64,000 nt of DNA from Candidatus Krumholzibacteriia bacterium (GCA_963836185.1 CAWIIQ010000002.1:256001-320000); one strand, 5' to 3'; shown: positions 10,783 to 19,798, counted from the first letter of the stretch. Notes: a model not told the origin generated them from the sequence alone. Program-made: numbers and translations.

Positions 10783-12480
10783 ATGAGAAAGACCATTCTT
10801 ACATCCATTATTCATCTATTCCATGTTCATCCGTCTCCTGCATCAGCGATTATCCTCACTGCGTTCATCGCAGTCCTGATGATGACAGCCGCTTTTTCTC
10901 CCGCTTCCGCATGTACAAACATGCTCGTGACGCGCGGAGCGTCCGCCGACGGCTCAGTCATGATCACATATACATGCGACGGCGAGTTCCACCCTCGCAT
11001 GACATACACGCTACCCGAGGATCACGAACCGGGTGATTCGCTCGAGCTGCGCGACTGGAGCGGGAACTTGCGCGGCAAGGTGGCTCAGCCTGCTCATACT
11101 TATGGCGTCGTCCATCTGATGAACGAGCACCAGCTTGTCATCAGCGAGACGACATTCACCGGGCGCGAGGAGCTGCAGAACCGCGAGGGGGTCCTTCATT
11201 ACTGGTGGCTGATGCGGATCGCGCTTCAGAGGGCGAAGACGGCGAGGGAAGCAGTCGAGATCATGGGCGCGCTCGTCGCTGAGTACGGATACGCCAGCAC
11301 TGGCGAGTCGATATCGATAGGCGACAAGGAGGAGGCCTGGCTCTTCGAGATCATCGGGAAGGGCCCGGGAAGAAAGGGCGCCGTGTGGGTAGCGATGCGT
11401 ATCCCCGACGGTTATATCTGCGCCCACGCGAACCAGGCGAGGATCCGCGAGTTTCCACTTGATGATAAGAAAAACTGTCTTTATGCCCCGGACGTAATAG
11501 ATTTCGCCGTCGAGATGGGCTACTACGATCCCGATTCAGGGAAGCCGTTCAGCTTCAGCGATGCCTACTGCCCCGCGCCGCCGCAGAAGCTCCGCTACTG
11601 CGCTACGCGCGTCTGGTCGATCTTTCGACGCGCCGCACCGTCGAAGGAGTTCTTGCCTGACTATCACAGGGGCGTAAAGGGCGCCGAGCCCTATCCGCTC
11701 TGGATCAAGCCCGACGAGAAGCTCACCCGCGAGGATGTCTTCTCCCTGATGCGCGACCATTACGAGGGCACCGAGTACGACATGTGCGAGGGTGTCGACG
11801 CAGGCCAGTTCTGCTCGCCGAACAGGTGGCGCCCGATGGACTGGGAGATAGACGGAGAGACGTACAGCTGGGAGCGCCCTATATCGACGCAGCAGACCGG
11901 GTTCTCGTTCGTCTCGCAGTCGAGGAAGGATATGCCCGACGCGGTGGGCGGCGTCTACTGGTACGGCCTCGACGATACCTACTTCAGCGTCTACGTCCCA
12001 TTCTACGCATGCACCGACCGGATCCCCGAGGTATTCGCCACGGGCCGCATGTCGGAGTTCTCGTGGGACTCGGGCTGGTGGGTCTTCAACTTCGTCGCCA
12101 ACTACGCGAACCTTCGCTACGAGCTGATGAAGGTCGATATCCAGGCGGTGCAGAAGGAGCTCGAGGACAACCTCACGGCGATGCAGCCGGCCGTCGAGAA
12201 AGCGGCGCTTGAGCTTTACAAGCAGGACCCGGAACTGGCCCGCACCTACCTGACCGATTACTCGGAGGCGACGGCGAACAGGGTCGTAGCGAGGTATACG
12301 CAGCTCGCCGAGGACCTGATCCGCAAGTATAACGACGGGTATGTCCAGCATGAGCCGGGCAGGGCAAAAGAGGAGGGGTACAGCGAGGAATGGCTGCGCA
12401 AGGTCCTCCGTCACCGTCCCGAGAAGTACAAGCTCCAGCGCTGGGAATCCGACTCGCTCGAGACAGATCTGCCTTACTGA
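10783..12480 (+). CDS. C69 family dipeptidase (Ntn hydrolase), exported
   Basis: Signal peptide ending ASA, followed by the nucleophile Cys in CTNMLVTRGASADGS; MNEHQLVISETT; ALQRAKTAREA; ERPISTQQT. Confidence 0.9.
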   Translation: MRKTILTSIIHLFHVHPSPASAIILTAFIAVLMMTAAFSPASACTNMLVTRGASADGSVMITYTCDGEFHPRMTYTLPEDHEPGDSLELRDWSGNLRGKVAQPAHTYGVVHLMNEHQLVISETTFTGREELQNREGVLHYWWLMRIALQRAKTAREAVEIMGALVAEYGYASTGESISIGDKEEAWLFEIIGKGPGRKGAVWVAMRIPDGYICAHANQARIREFPLDDKKNCLYAPDVIDFAVEMGYYDPDSGKPFSFSDAYCPAPPQKLRYCATRVWSIFRRAAPSKEFLPDYHRGVKGAEPYPLWIKPDEKLTREDVFSLMRDHYEGTEYDMCEGVDAGQFCSPNRWRPMDWEIDGETYSWERPISTQQTGFSFVSQSRKDMPDAVGGVYWYGLDDTYFSVYVPFYACTDRIPEVFATGRMSEFSWDSGWWVFNFVANYANLRYELMKVDIQAVQKELEDNLTAMQPAVEKAALELYKQDPELARTYLTDYSEATANRVVARYTQLAEDLIRKYNDGYVQHEPGRAKEEGYSEEWLRKVLRHRPEKYKLQRWESDSLETDLPY

Positions 12481-12544
12481 TCGCCGGGCCCCGGCTATCA
12501 CTGCGCTGTATCCATCGAGATTCACATATCCTTCTCCTAATTCA

Positions 12545-12573
12545 TTGCATCCACGGTATCGCCGTGATATAAT
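12545..12573 (+). promoter_or_regulatory. sigma70-type promoter
   Basis: TTGCAT-N17-TATAAT with an extended -10 TG. Confidence 0.7.
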
Positions 12574-12702
12574 GGCGCCACTCTAAACATCTGAGCATTA
12601 TGAGGAAGGGCGATTCAGCTTCATCGCGATCCGTGGAGCCGATTCCTCTTTGTGCAAATAAATCTGTTAACATCGAAAGCAGCACCTTCGAAAGGAGTGG
12701 CC

Positions 12703-15192
12703 ATGAACAGGTACATGAGGACTGTGTCATGTATGGTTCTTTGTTTTCTATTTATCGTCGTGCCTTCGATCTGGGCGTACTGGGACCAGAACGGCGCCCC
12801 TCTATGCACGGCAGTGGAAGACCAGGCGTGGCCAACGATGACCACGGATGGCGCAGGCGGGGCGATCGTCGCGTGGCATGACTACCGAAGCGGGGACTGG
12901 GACATCTATGCCCAGCGCGTAAATCCCTCAGGGACCTCTCAGTGGATGGCTGACGGCGTCGCTATCTGCACGGCATCGGGGATCCATACTAATCCCAGAA
13001 TCGTCTCCGATGGTGCAGGTGGCGCGATCGTCGCCTGGAGCGGCTCCCTGGCTATCTACGCGCAGCGAGTGGATGCCTCGGGTGTTGTCCAGTGGACGGT
13101 CGATGGCGTCCGCCTCTGCGAAAGTCCGGCGAGTGCCACCGACAAATTAAGTATCACCTCAGATGGCGCGGGTGGAGCGATCGTCGCATGGGTGGATACC
13201 CGCGTCGCCGCGTACCAGTATATCTACGCCCAGCGTGTGGATTCTACGGGTACAGTTCAGTGGACCGCGAGTGGCGTTCCTGTCTGTGAGGCATCAGCAA
13301 TCGGGATGAATGTATACGCGACCTCAATCACCTCCGACGGCGCGGGTGGGGCGATCGTCTCATGGGGTGACGTGCGCGACTATTTATCAAGAATCTATGC
13401 CCAACGGATTGATTCCTCGGGAGCGATTCAGTGGACGACTGACGGGATCGCCATCTGCACGATAACGGGTGTTCAAACTCTTCCAGTCGTCACCTCCGAT
13501 GGAAGCTCTGGGGCAATCGTAGCGTGGATTGACAGCCGCAACGGAAACGACGACATCTTCGCTCAACGGGTGAATGCCTCGGGAACCCTGCTTTGGACGG
13601 CGAATGGAGTTCCCCTCTGCGTTGACACGGAGGATCAAAATCATCTTGCTATAGATTCAGATGGAGCGGGTGGGGCTATCGCCACCTGGCGGGATGACCG
13701 CAACGGTAACGCCGATATCTATGCACAGCGTGTCTCTGTTTCGGGAACGGTCCTATGGACAGCAGATGGGGTCGGCGTCTGTATGGCTATCGGCAGTCAA
13801 TTCAGGCCAACCGTTACCTCCGACGGCGCTGGTGGATCGATCGTCACGTGGGAGGACCTGCGTAGTGGTGTTCGTGACATCTATGCCCGGCGAGTGGATT
13901 CATCGGGGGCCGCCCAGTGGACGATTGATGGCGTCGCTCTCTGCACTGCTATGGGAGAACAATACAATCCTAAGATCACTTTCGATGGCGCTGGTGGGGC
14001 GATCGTCACATGGAGTGACTATCGCAGCACGGGGGGAGATATCTATGCCCAGCGTGTAGACAACCTGGGGCGGGTAGGTTATTTCGCTTCCGACATACTC
14101 TCTGTTCAGGATGTGCCGGGCGACCAGGGTGGCCTTGTGAGAATCATTGTCGCACGATCAGAACTTGATGATGTGCTCGAATCTGAGGCCCCGGTCGCTA
14201 CATACAATGTCTGGCAGCGGATCGACGATCCGGCCCTGTTAACGGCGATCGACCTGCCGGATGACGGCGGAGTGACAGGAGTGCAGGCACTCGAAGAGCC
14301 GCTGACGCGTTCATTGGATATATCGAGCGTTTCGAGCTGGCCGATCAGGAAAACAGGTGGCCGGTGCTTTGTGAGCTCGAGTGATGTGCTCGCGACGGCT
14401 GAGTTTCCTTCAGGCACCTGGGAGCTCCTCGGAAGCTTCGCTGCATGCCAGCAGGACGAGTATATCTATCGTGCAGGCACCCTCGCCGATTCCACTGCAA
14501 GCGGTATCCCCTATGCGGTCTACCTCATAAGCGCTCATACTGTCGTACCCTCTCTGTGGGCATTGAGCGAGCCTGACAGTGGATATTCCGTTGATAATCT
14601 TCCCCCGGATATCCCGGAGAGCCTCACGGCCGAGCAGAGCTTCGCGCCTGAGGGTCTTGCGCTCAGCTGGGATGTGAATGCGGAGAACGATCTCTCGCAT
14701 TACGCGGTCTATCGTGGAGCGAGCGATGACTTCGTGCCGGTGTCCGGGAACAGGATCGCCGCAGGGATCGAGCCGGAACACTTCGATGATGAGTGGCGCT
14801 GGGACAGCGATTACTGCTACAAGGTCTCGGCAATCGATGTGCATGGGAACGAGAGTGGCTTTGCGCTTCTTCTTCCCGGGGATGTCACAGGGGACGAGCC
14901 GCCGAAGATGCCGGGCGCGAGCTATCTCGCGCAGAACTATCCGAATCCGTTCAATCCGATAACGAGGATCGAGTTCGGGCTCGACAACGCTGAGAATGTA
15001 TCCCTTCGGATCTACGATCCCGCCGGGCGTCTCGTGCGGATCCTCGCCGGGGAGCGTCGTCCTGCTGGACACTACGCGGAGGTATGGGACGGAAAAGACG
15101 GAAGTGGTCGACCGGTGTCGAGCGGAGTATACTTCTACAATCTCAAGACTGGTTCATTCACCGAGACAAGGAAGATGATTTTACTGCGGTAG
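12703..15192 (+). CDS. Secreted repeat (beta-propeller-like) protein with FN3-like domain and T9SS/FlgD-Ig-like C-terminal domain
   Basis: Signal peptide; 8 repeats of about 55 aa, consensus DGAGGAIVxWxDxR...IYAQRVDxSG; LSWDVN...YKVSAIDVHGNES; YLAQNYPNPFNP...SGVYFYNL...KMILLR. Confidence 0.85.
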   Translation: MNRYMRTVSCMVLCFLFIVVPSIWAYWDQNGAPLCTAVEDQAWPTMTTDGAGGAIVAWHDYRSGDWDIYAQRVNPSGTSQWMADGVAICTASGIHTNPRIVSDGAGGAIVAWSGSLAIYAQRVDASGVVQWTVDGVRLCESPASATDKLSITSDGAGGAIVAWVDTRVAAYQYIYAQRVDSTGTVQWTASGVPVCEASAIGMNVYATSITSDGAGGAIVSWGDVRDYLSRIYAQRIDSSGAIQWTTDGIAICTITGVQTLPVVTSDGSSGAIVAWIDSRNGNDDIFAQRVNASGTLLWTANGVPLCVDTEDQNHLAIDSDGAGGAIATWRDDRNGNADIYAQRVSVSGTVLWTADGVGVCMAIGSQFRPTVTSDGAGGSIVTWEDLRSGVRDIYARRVDSSGAAQWTIDGVALCTAMGEQYNPKITFDGAGGAIVTWSDYRSTGGDIYAQRVDNLGRVGYFASDILSVQDVPGDQGGLVRIIVARSELDDVLESEAPVATYNVWQRIDDPALLTAIDLPDDGGVTGVQALEEPLTRSLDISSVSSWPIRKTGGRCFVSSSDVLATAEFPSGTWELLGSFAACQQDEYIYRAGTLADSTASGIPYAVYLISAHTVVPSLWALSEPDSGYSVDNLPPDIPESLTAEQSFAPEGLALSWDVNAENDLSHYAVYRGASDDFVPVSGNRIAAGIEPEHFDDEWRWDSDYCYKVSAIDVHGNESGFALLLPGDVTGDEPPKMPGASYLAQNYPNPFNPITRIEFGLDNAENVSLRIYDPAGRLVRILAGERRPAGHYAEVWDGKDGSGRPVSSGVYFYNLKTGSFTETRKMILLR

Positions 15193-15228
15193 AACGTCTC
15201 TCTTTTGAGTAAAAAGTAATTATGGGTG

Positions 15229-15266
15229 ACCCGGCCCTGGAGTGATCCGAGACTTCAGGGCCGGGT
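15229..15266. terminator. GC-rich stem-loop after the secreted protein gene (terminator-like, no U-tail)
   Basis: ACCCGGCCCTGGAGT pairs with ACTTCAGGGCCGGGT: 15-bp stem with one G-U pair. Confidence 0.5.
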
Positions 15267-15517
15267 GGATGAAATTCCACCGCCACCGGTGAAAGTGGTT
15301 TGACTACATATATTGATACAATTCTGCTCGCGGCATTTATGACTTCACTCCCGGCGCCGGGAGTGTCATGAATTTTATTTCGTCAATCCGCAGGATATTG
15401 AATGTTCACGAAAATATCGGATGATTCTCCACCGCCACCGGTGAAAGTGGTTTGACTACATATAATGATACAGTTCTGCTCGCGGCATTTGTGACTTCAC
15501 TCCCGGCGCCGGGAGTG
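15267..15517. repeat. Two 99-bp direct repeats (15267-15365 and 15419-15517)
   Basis: GGATGA...CCACCGCCACCGGTGAAAGTGGTTTGACTACATAT...CACTCCCGGCGCCGGGAGTG occurs twice, with 6 substitutions by manual count and a 152-bp period. Confidence 0.95.
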
Positions 15518-15648
15518 AAGTACCGGGAGTGAAGTACCGGGAGTGAAGTGCCGGGAGTGAAGTACCGGAAGTGAAGTGCCGGGAGTGAAATCACAGGATT
15601 GAGGTACCAGGCGTAAAGTGACTAGAGTGAGGTAATGAAAGTGAGGTC
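15509..15648. repeat. 14-bp tandem repeat, about 10 copies
   Basis: CCGGGAGTGAAGTR: 6 near-perfect copies (15509-15592), then 4 degenerate copies in the same register. Confidence 0.92.
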
Positions 15649-15765
15649 ACGCCACGGATTCCTGACTGGATAAATTATCAGGCGCTGGTGTATCAGTCTT
15701 ATGATGGCAGACGCGCTTATGATGACAGACGTGTATCGGTGGATCGATAGCGAAGGGGAATAAAG

Positions 15766-16401
15766 ATGAAGGTCTATATCGTGTACGCCCACCCGAGCAG
15801 GGAATCATTTACCTGGCAGGTCCTGCAGTCGTTTACCGGGGGGCTCGAGGAAGCAGATCACGAGTACGAGGTCGGTGACCTCTACGAGATGGGATTCAGG
15901 GCTGATATGGACCTGGAGCAATACAAAAGGGAGACCGGCGGCGACCCGGATGCCCCAGTTCCCGACGACGTGAGGGCCGAACAGGAGAAGCTCGGACGGG
16001 CCGACACTCTTGCCCTAATTTTTCCGCTGTGGTGGAGCGACTGCCCCTCGAAGCTGAAGGGCTGGTTCGACCGCGTATTCACATATGGTTTTGCTTATGT
16101 CTACAGTGATACGGACGGAGCAGATCCGGGCGCGAATGATTCAGACGGGAAAGTGACCCACATAACCTCGAAGCTGGATCTGGCGAAGGCGATCGTCATA
16201 TGTCCCGCCGGTCATCCTGTCGAACACCTTGAAGAGACCGGTATCGCCGAAAGCATGCGGAGGATAATGATAGAGGACAGGCTGCTCGGCGTGGGGGTAA
16301 AAGAGGCGAGCCTGGAGATTCTCGGCGGCCAGGCGCTCGGTGATGACAGCCTCAGGGAGAGAAATCTCGAGAGAGCGTTTGAGCTGGGGAAGGATCTATA
16401 G
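15766..16401 (+). CDS. NAD(P)H-dependent quinone oxidoreductase, flavodoxin-2 family
   Basis: IVYAHPSRESF, DLYEMGF, IFPLWWSDCPSKLKGWFDRVFTYGFAY. Confidence 0.92.
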   Translation: MKVYIVYAHPSRESFTWQVLQSFTGGLEEADHEYEVGDLYEMGFRADMDLEQYKRETGGDPDAPVPDDVRAEQEKLGRADTLALIFPLWWSDCPSKLKGWFDRVFTYGFAYVYSDTDGADPGANDSDGKVTHITSKLDLAKAIVICPAGHPVEHLEETGIAESMRRIMIEDRLLGVGVKEASLEILGGQALGDDSLRERNLERAFELGKDL

Positions 16402-16411
16402 CTGAAAAGTA

Positions 16412-16458
16412 ATAAAAACGGGGGAAGCAGACCGATGAATCGCTTCCCCCTTCTATTT
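16412..16458. terminator. Bidirectional intrinsic terminator
   Basis: GGGGGAAGC (16420-28) pairs with GCTTCCCCC (16442-50). Plus-strand tail TTCTATTT; minus-strand tail GTTTTTATT. Confidence 0.8.
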
Positions 16459-16758
16459 GTGGCCCGGACGAGTGGGCCCTATCGGAGTTGGGGTCTCTGT
16501 ATTTTCTTCTGTGGCGACGCGGAACGTCCGGATTCGCCTTGTGCGCAGGGCCATCTATATCTATCCATGAGGCGCTTCGCAGTGGCCGTGCCGGTGAAGC
16601 AGGCGAGCGTCACCCCTGGATAAACGAGCTCCGTCGCCCGCGTCGCCGAATCAATATCCAGCCTTATCAGTTGTCTTTCGGTTTATCGAGTCCGTTGTTT
16701 TAGATATTGGTCAGGCCGTCTTCGAGTCGATCCGAAATCCGGCTCATTTATATTCCGG
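16412..16758 (-). ncRNA. Candidate sigma54-dependent structured small RNA (about 345 nt)
   Basis: Lies between a -24/-12 motif and a terminator with a U-tail on this strand; nested stems at 16513-16647; only ORFs under 30 aa seen on this strand. Confidence 0.45.
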
Positions 16759-16768
16759 TCATATGCAC

Positions 16769-16784
16769 AGCAAGGCGCATACCA
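16769..16784 (-). promoter_or_regulatory. sigma54 (-24/-12) promoter motif
   Basis: Minus strand reads TGGTATGCGCCTTGCT, with correct GG-N10-GC spacing. Confidence 0.6.
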
Positions 16785-16984
16785 CCGCAAATTGTTGTAT
16801 GGCAGCATGTTGCCTGTATGTCCGGGGTCGTTCCCTCTCCTGCGTCAACGTTCCTCGAGAGGTGCGATTTTCCTGCCTGCCCGCGGCCGCTGGTGGGCGT
16901 ATCGAGGCGGCTTGACGGGCCTCCAGCAGCGCGAAGATACGGCGATATTGGACGCGGCCGTTCATTCTGCTATATTCCCGCTGT

Positions 16985-17716
16985 ATGAGAAACTTCAAAC
17001 TGACCATAGAATACGACGGTTCCGGGTTTTCCGGCTGGCAGGTGCAGCCGGGCCAGAGGACGGTCCAGGGTAAACTCTACGATGCGCTCGGCGAGATCGC
17101 CCAGGGAGATCTCAGGGTCATAGGCGCCGGCAGGACAGATACCGGCGTTCATGCCGCGGGCCAGGTAGCCAACGCCACCCTCGAGACCGGGATGACCACC
17201 GAAGTGATGCTGAAGGCCCTTCGCGGGAAGCTCCCGCGCGACATCGTAGTCCGCTCGGTCGAAGAGGTCCCGCTGTCGTTCAGTGCGAGGTACGACGCGC
17301 GCAGCAGGCGGTATCATTATATATTTATCGACCGTCCCACAGCCCTCTGGAGAAGGTATTATCACGAGGTCCCGAAGGGATTCAGCCCGGAGGGGATGGA
17401 TGCGATGAACGACCAGCTCAGAGCCATCCGCGGGGAGCACGATTTTGCGCCATTCGCCGCGTCCGGTTCGAACGTAAAGACCACTGTCTGCAACATAATA
17501 AGGGCCGAGATCCTCGTGAACAGTCCGCTCGTCACTCTATCGGTCACCGCCGACAGGTTCCTCTACAACATGATGCGTTCCATAGCAGGTTCGATTCTCC
17601 GGGCCGGTACGGTCGGAGATGTCTCTATAGCCGATATACTTGCCTCCGGGGACCGGTCCGCGGCGGGCCCGACCCTTCCCCCCGGAGCTCTCTACCTGAT
17701 GGAGATAAAGTACTGA
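16985..17716 (+). CDS. truA: tRNA pseudouridine(38-40) synthase
   Basis: KLTIEYDGSGFSGWQVQ, GAGRTDTGVHAAGQ, FSARYDA, RFLYNMMR. Confidence 0.96.
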   Translation: MRNFKLTIEYDGSGFSGWQVQPGQRTVQGKLYDALGEIAQGDLRVIGAGRTDTGVHAAGQVANATLETGMTTEVMLKALRGKLPRDIVVRSVEEVPLSFSARYDARSRRYHYIFIDRPTALWRRYYHEVPKGFSPEGMDAMNDQLRAIRGEHDFAPFAASGSNVKTTVCNIIRAEILVNSPLVTLSVTADRFLYNMMRSIAGSILRAGTVGDVSIADILASGDRSAAGPTLPPGALYLMEIKY

Positions 17717-17762
17717 TTCTGGAGCATTTCGGTCCCGGGATCAGGCGTCAGCCCGAAACTAT

Positions 17763-17791
17763 TTGTCAGTTCAGGCCTATATTTGTATAAT
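17763..17791 (+). promoter_or_regulatory. sigma70-type promoter of the tal-htrA-pur operon
   Basis: TTGTCA-N17-TATAAT. Confidence 0.75.
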
Positions 17792-17893
17792 ACACGTTTC
17801 CTTACCGGATTTGACGAGCCTGACGGATGGAGACGCCGGCAGGAACGTTGCCGGAACCCGGAACAATCGAAAACACACAGCCAGGGAGGCGAA

Positions 17894-18544
17894 ATGAAAT
17901 TCTTTATCGACACAGCCAATGTCGACGAGATCAGGGAAGCCGCGGCGCTCGGTCTGCTGGACGGCGTGACGACCAATCCATCCCTTTTAGCCAGGGAAGC
18001 GGACAAGGGAACAGCCACAGATACGTTAAAAGAGATCTGCTCGATCGTGCCGGGCCCGGTCAGCGCCGAGGTCGTTTCGCTCGACGCCGAGGGCATGTTC
18101 AAAGAGGGCAAGGAACTCTGCAAGATCGCCGACAACATCATCATCAAGGTGCCCTGCACTATGGAGGGAATCAAGGCGATCGGCATGTTCAGCGCCGAAG
18201 GGATCCAGACCAACGCGACGCTCTGTTTTTCGGCAAACCAGGCGCTTCTCGTGGCCAAGGCAGGCGCGACATACGTGAGCCCGTTTGTCGGAAGGCTCGA
18301 CGACATCGGACAGAGAGGGATGGACCTGATCGCCGACATCGTCGAGATCTACGAGAACTACTCATTCGCGACGCAGGTCATCGTGGCCAGCATCAGAAGC
18401 GTACAGCACGTCTACGAGTCGGCTCTGCTCGGCGCCGACGTATCGACTATCCCGTTCAATGTGATCGGACAGCTGGTAAAGCATCCGCTCACCGACATCG
18501 GGATCGAGAAGTTCCTCGCCGACTGGGAGAAAGTGAAAAAGTAG
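17894..18544 (+). CDS. tal: Transaldolase (short, FSA-like class)
   Basis: [36 protein letters not shown]. The Glu/Phe pattern fits transaldolase rather than FSA. Confidence 0.92.
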   Translation: MKFFIDTANVDEIREAAALGLLDGVTTNPSLLAREADKGTATDTLKEICSIVPGPVSAEVVSLDAEGMFKEGKELCKIADNIIIKVPCTMEGIKAIGMFSAEGIQTNATLCFSANQALLVAKAGATYVSPFVGRLDDIGQRGMDLIADIVEIYENYSFATQVIVASIRSVQHVYESALLGADVSTIPFNVIGQLVKHPLTDIGIEKFLADWEKVKK

Positions 18545-18562
18545 CGAAGCAGGTGATCTGAT

Positions 18563-19759
18563 ATGAAAGAGTTCCAGTCGAAATGGTCCAGGGCGATCCC
18601 GTGGATAATAGGGATCATGTTCGGCCTCTCGCTCGCGATGACGGTGGTCAATGTCGTCATGCTCAAGCGAGCGGGGATCGGCCAGGCGTTCTATCCCCAG
18701 TCATCGGGGAATATCGTCCTGGGCGGACCGGGACTCTTCAGCGGAGACGCCATGGTCGCTGCCCGAGGACGTATCGGGCCAGCCGTTGTCTCGATCACGA
18801 CGCTGCGAACGAGGATCGTCTCGACCAGAGCGAGAAACCAGTACGAGTGGTGGCAGATAATGGCCGGCAGGATCTCCGCCTACCAGAAAAAGAAGTTCCC
18901 GATCTACGGTTCGGGGCTGCTCGTCAATCCCGATGGATATATAGTGACGAACGAGCATGTCGTACGCGGCGCCGAGGAGATATTCGTGACGATGATCGAC
19001 TCGACTGAGGTGCCGGCGATCCTTGTGGGCACTGCCGCCGAGTTCGACCTCGCGCTGCTCAAGATCGAAGGGTCCTCGCTCCCGTACGCTCCGATCGGAA
19101 ACTCGGACGATCTCGATATCGGCGAGCCGGTGATCGCAATCGGATCGCCCTTTACCTATCTGTTCAATGACAACCAGACTACCGTCACCGCCGGTGTGAT
19201 CAGCGCACTTCACCGTGATGTGAAGGAAACTGGCGACGGGGTACAGATATTCAAGAACATGATCCAGACCGATGCCGTGATCAACCCGGGCAACAGCGGC
19301 GGACCGCTCGTCTCGATGAGGGGAGAGGTCGTAGGCATCAGCACGTTCGTCTTCTCAACAGCCGGCGGGAGCAGCAATATCGGGATGGGATTCGCGATAC
19401 CGAGCAATACGGTGAAGATGGTCATCGACGAGATACGCCAGTACGGGCACTTCCGCAATGTATGGACCGGCCTGGTCGTTTCCGAGCTGACACCCGAGGT
19501 AATCGAACAGTTCAGCATCCCGTTCAGAACGGGCCTCGTTGTCGTAGCGCTCGAAGAAGGCGGCCCGGCGGAGAAGGCCGGCATCCAGGTCGGCGACGTG
19601 ATAGTCGATATGGACGGTGTCTCGATCCAGAATTCCGCGCAGGCCGGCAGGGTGATATTCGGCAAACAGGTCGGTGACGATCTGGACATCGTGGTCTGGC
19701 GCAACGGCAGCACGAGAACGATAGAACTGAGGCTCGTCGAGGCAGAGGAAGAGGCATAG
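18563..19759 (+). CDS. HtrA/DegP-family serine protease with one PDZ domain
   Basis: N-terminal TM helix; TNEHVV, DLALLKI, IQTDAVINPGNSGGPL; C-terminal PDZ. Confidence 0.93.
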   Translation: MKEFQSKWSRAIPWIIGIMFGLSLAMTVVNVVMLKRAGIGQAFYPQSSGNIVLGGPGLFSGDAMVAARGRIGPAVVSITTLRTRIVSTRARNQYEWWQIMAGRISAYQKKKFPIYGSGLLVNPDGYIVTNEHVVRGAEEIFVTMIDSTEVPAILVGTAAEFDLALLKIEGSSLPYAPIGNSDDLDIGEPVIAIGSPFTYLFNDNQTTVTAGVISALHRDVKETGDGVQIFKNMIQTDAVINPGNSGGPLVSMRGEVVGISTFVFSTAGGSSNIGMGFAIPSNTVKMVIDEIRQYGHFRNVWTGLVVSELTPEVIEQFSIPFRTGLVVVALEEGGPAEKAGIQVGDVIVDMDGVSIQNSAQAGRVIFGKQVGDDLDIVVWRNGSTRTIELRLVEAEEEA

Positions 19760-19798
19760 GGCGAGAATTATAATAATGTCCGATAAGGGAGGTACCCA

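Noticed and set aside
15229-15266. Third member of the 31922/33026 hairpin family
   Set aside because: It shares only GGAGTGA and CTTCAGGG and lacks the ACACACGGATTC core.
15298-15325. dif/Xer site-like sequence
   Set aside because: It only loosely resembles the XerD arm, and the 11-6-11 spacing does not fit.
15406-15594. 62-aa minus-strand ORF with repeated peptide
   Set aside because: It is a by-product of the 14-bp repeat, whose period is not a multiple of 3.
15267-15648. CRISPR array
   Set aside because: The 14-bp units have no spacers, the 99-bp unit has only two copies, and there are no cas genes.
16800-16814. Plus-strand sigma54 motif TGGCAGCATGTTGC (and TGGCGTCAAAATGC near 952)
   Set aside because: GG-GC spacing is 9 nt rather than the required 10.
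17795-17893. ZTP or purine riboswitch ahead of the pur-containing operon
   Set aside because: I could not find the conserved elements of either class.
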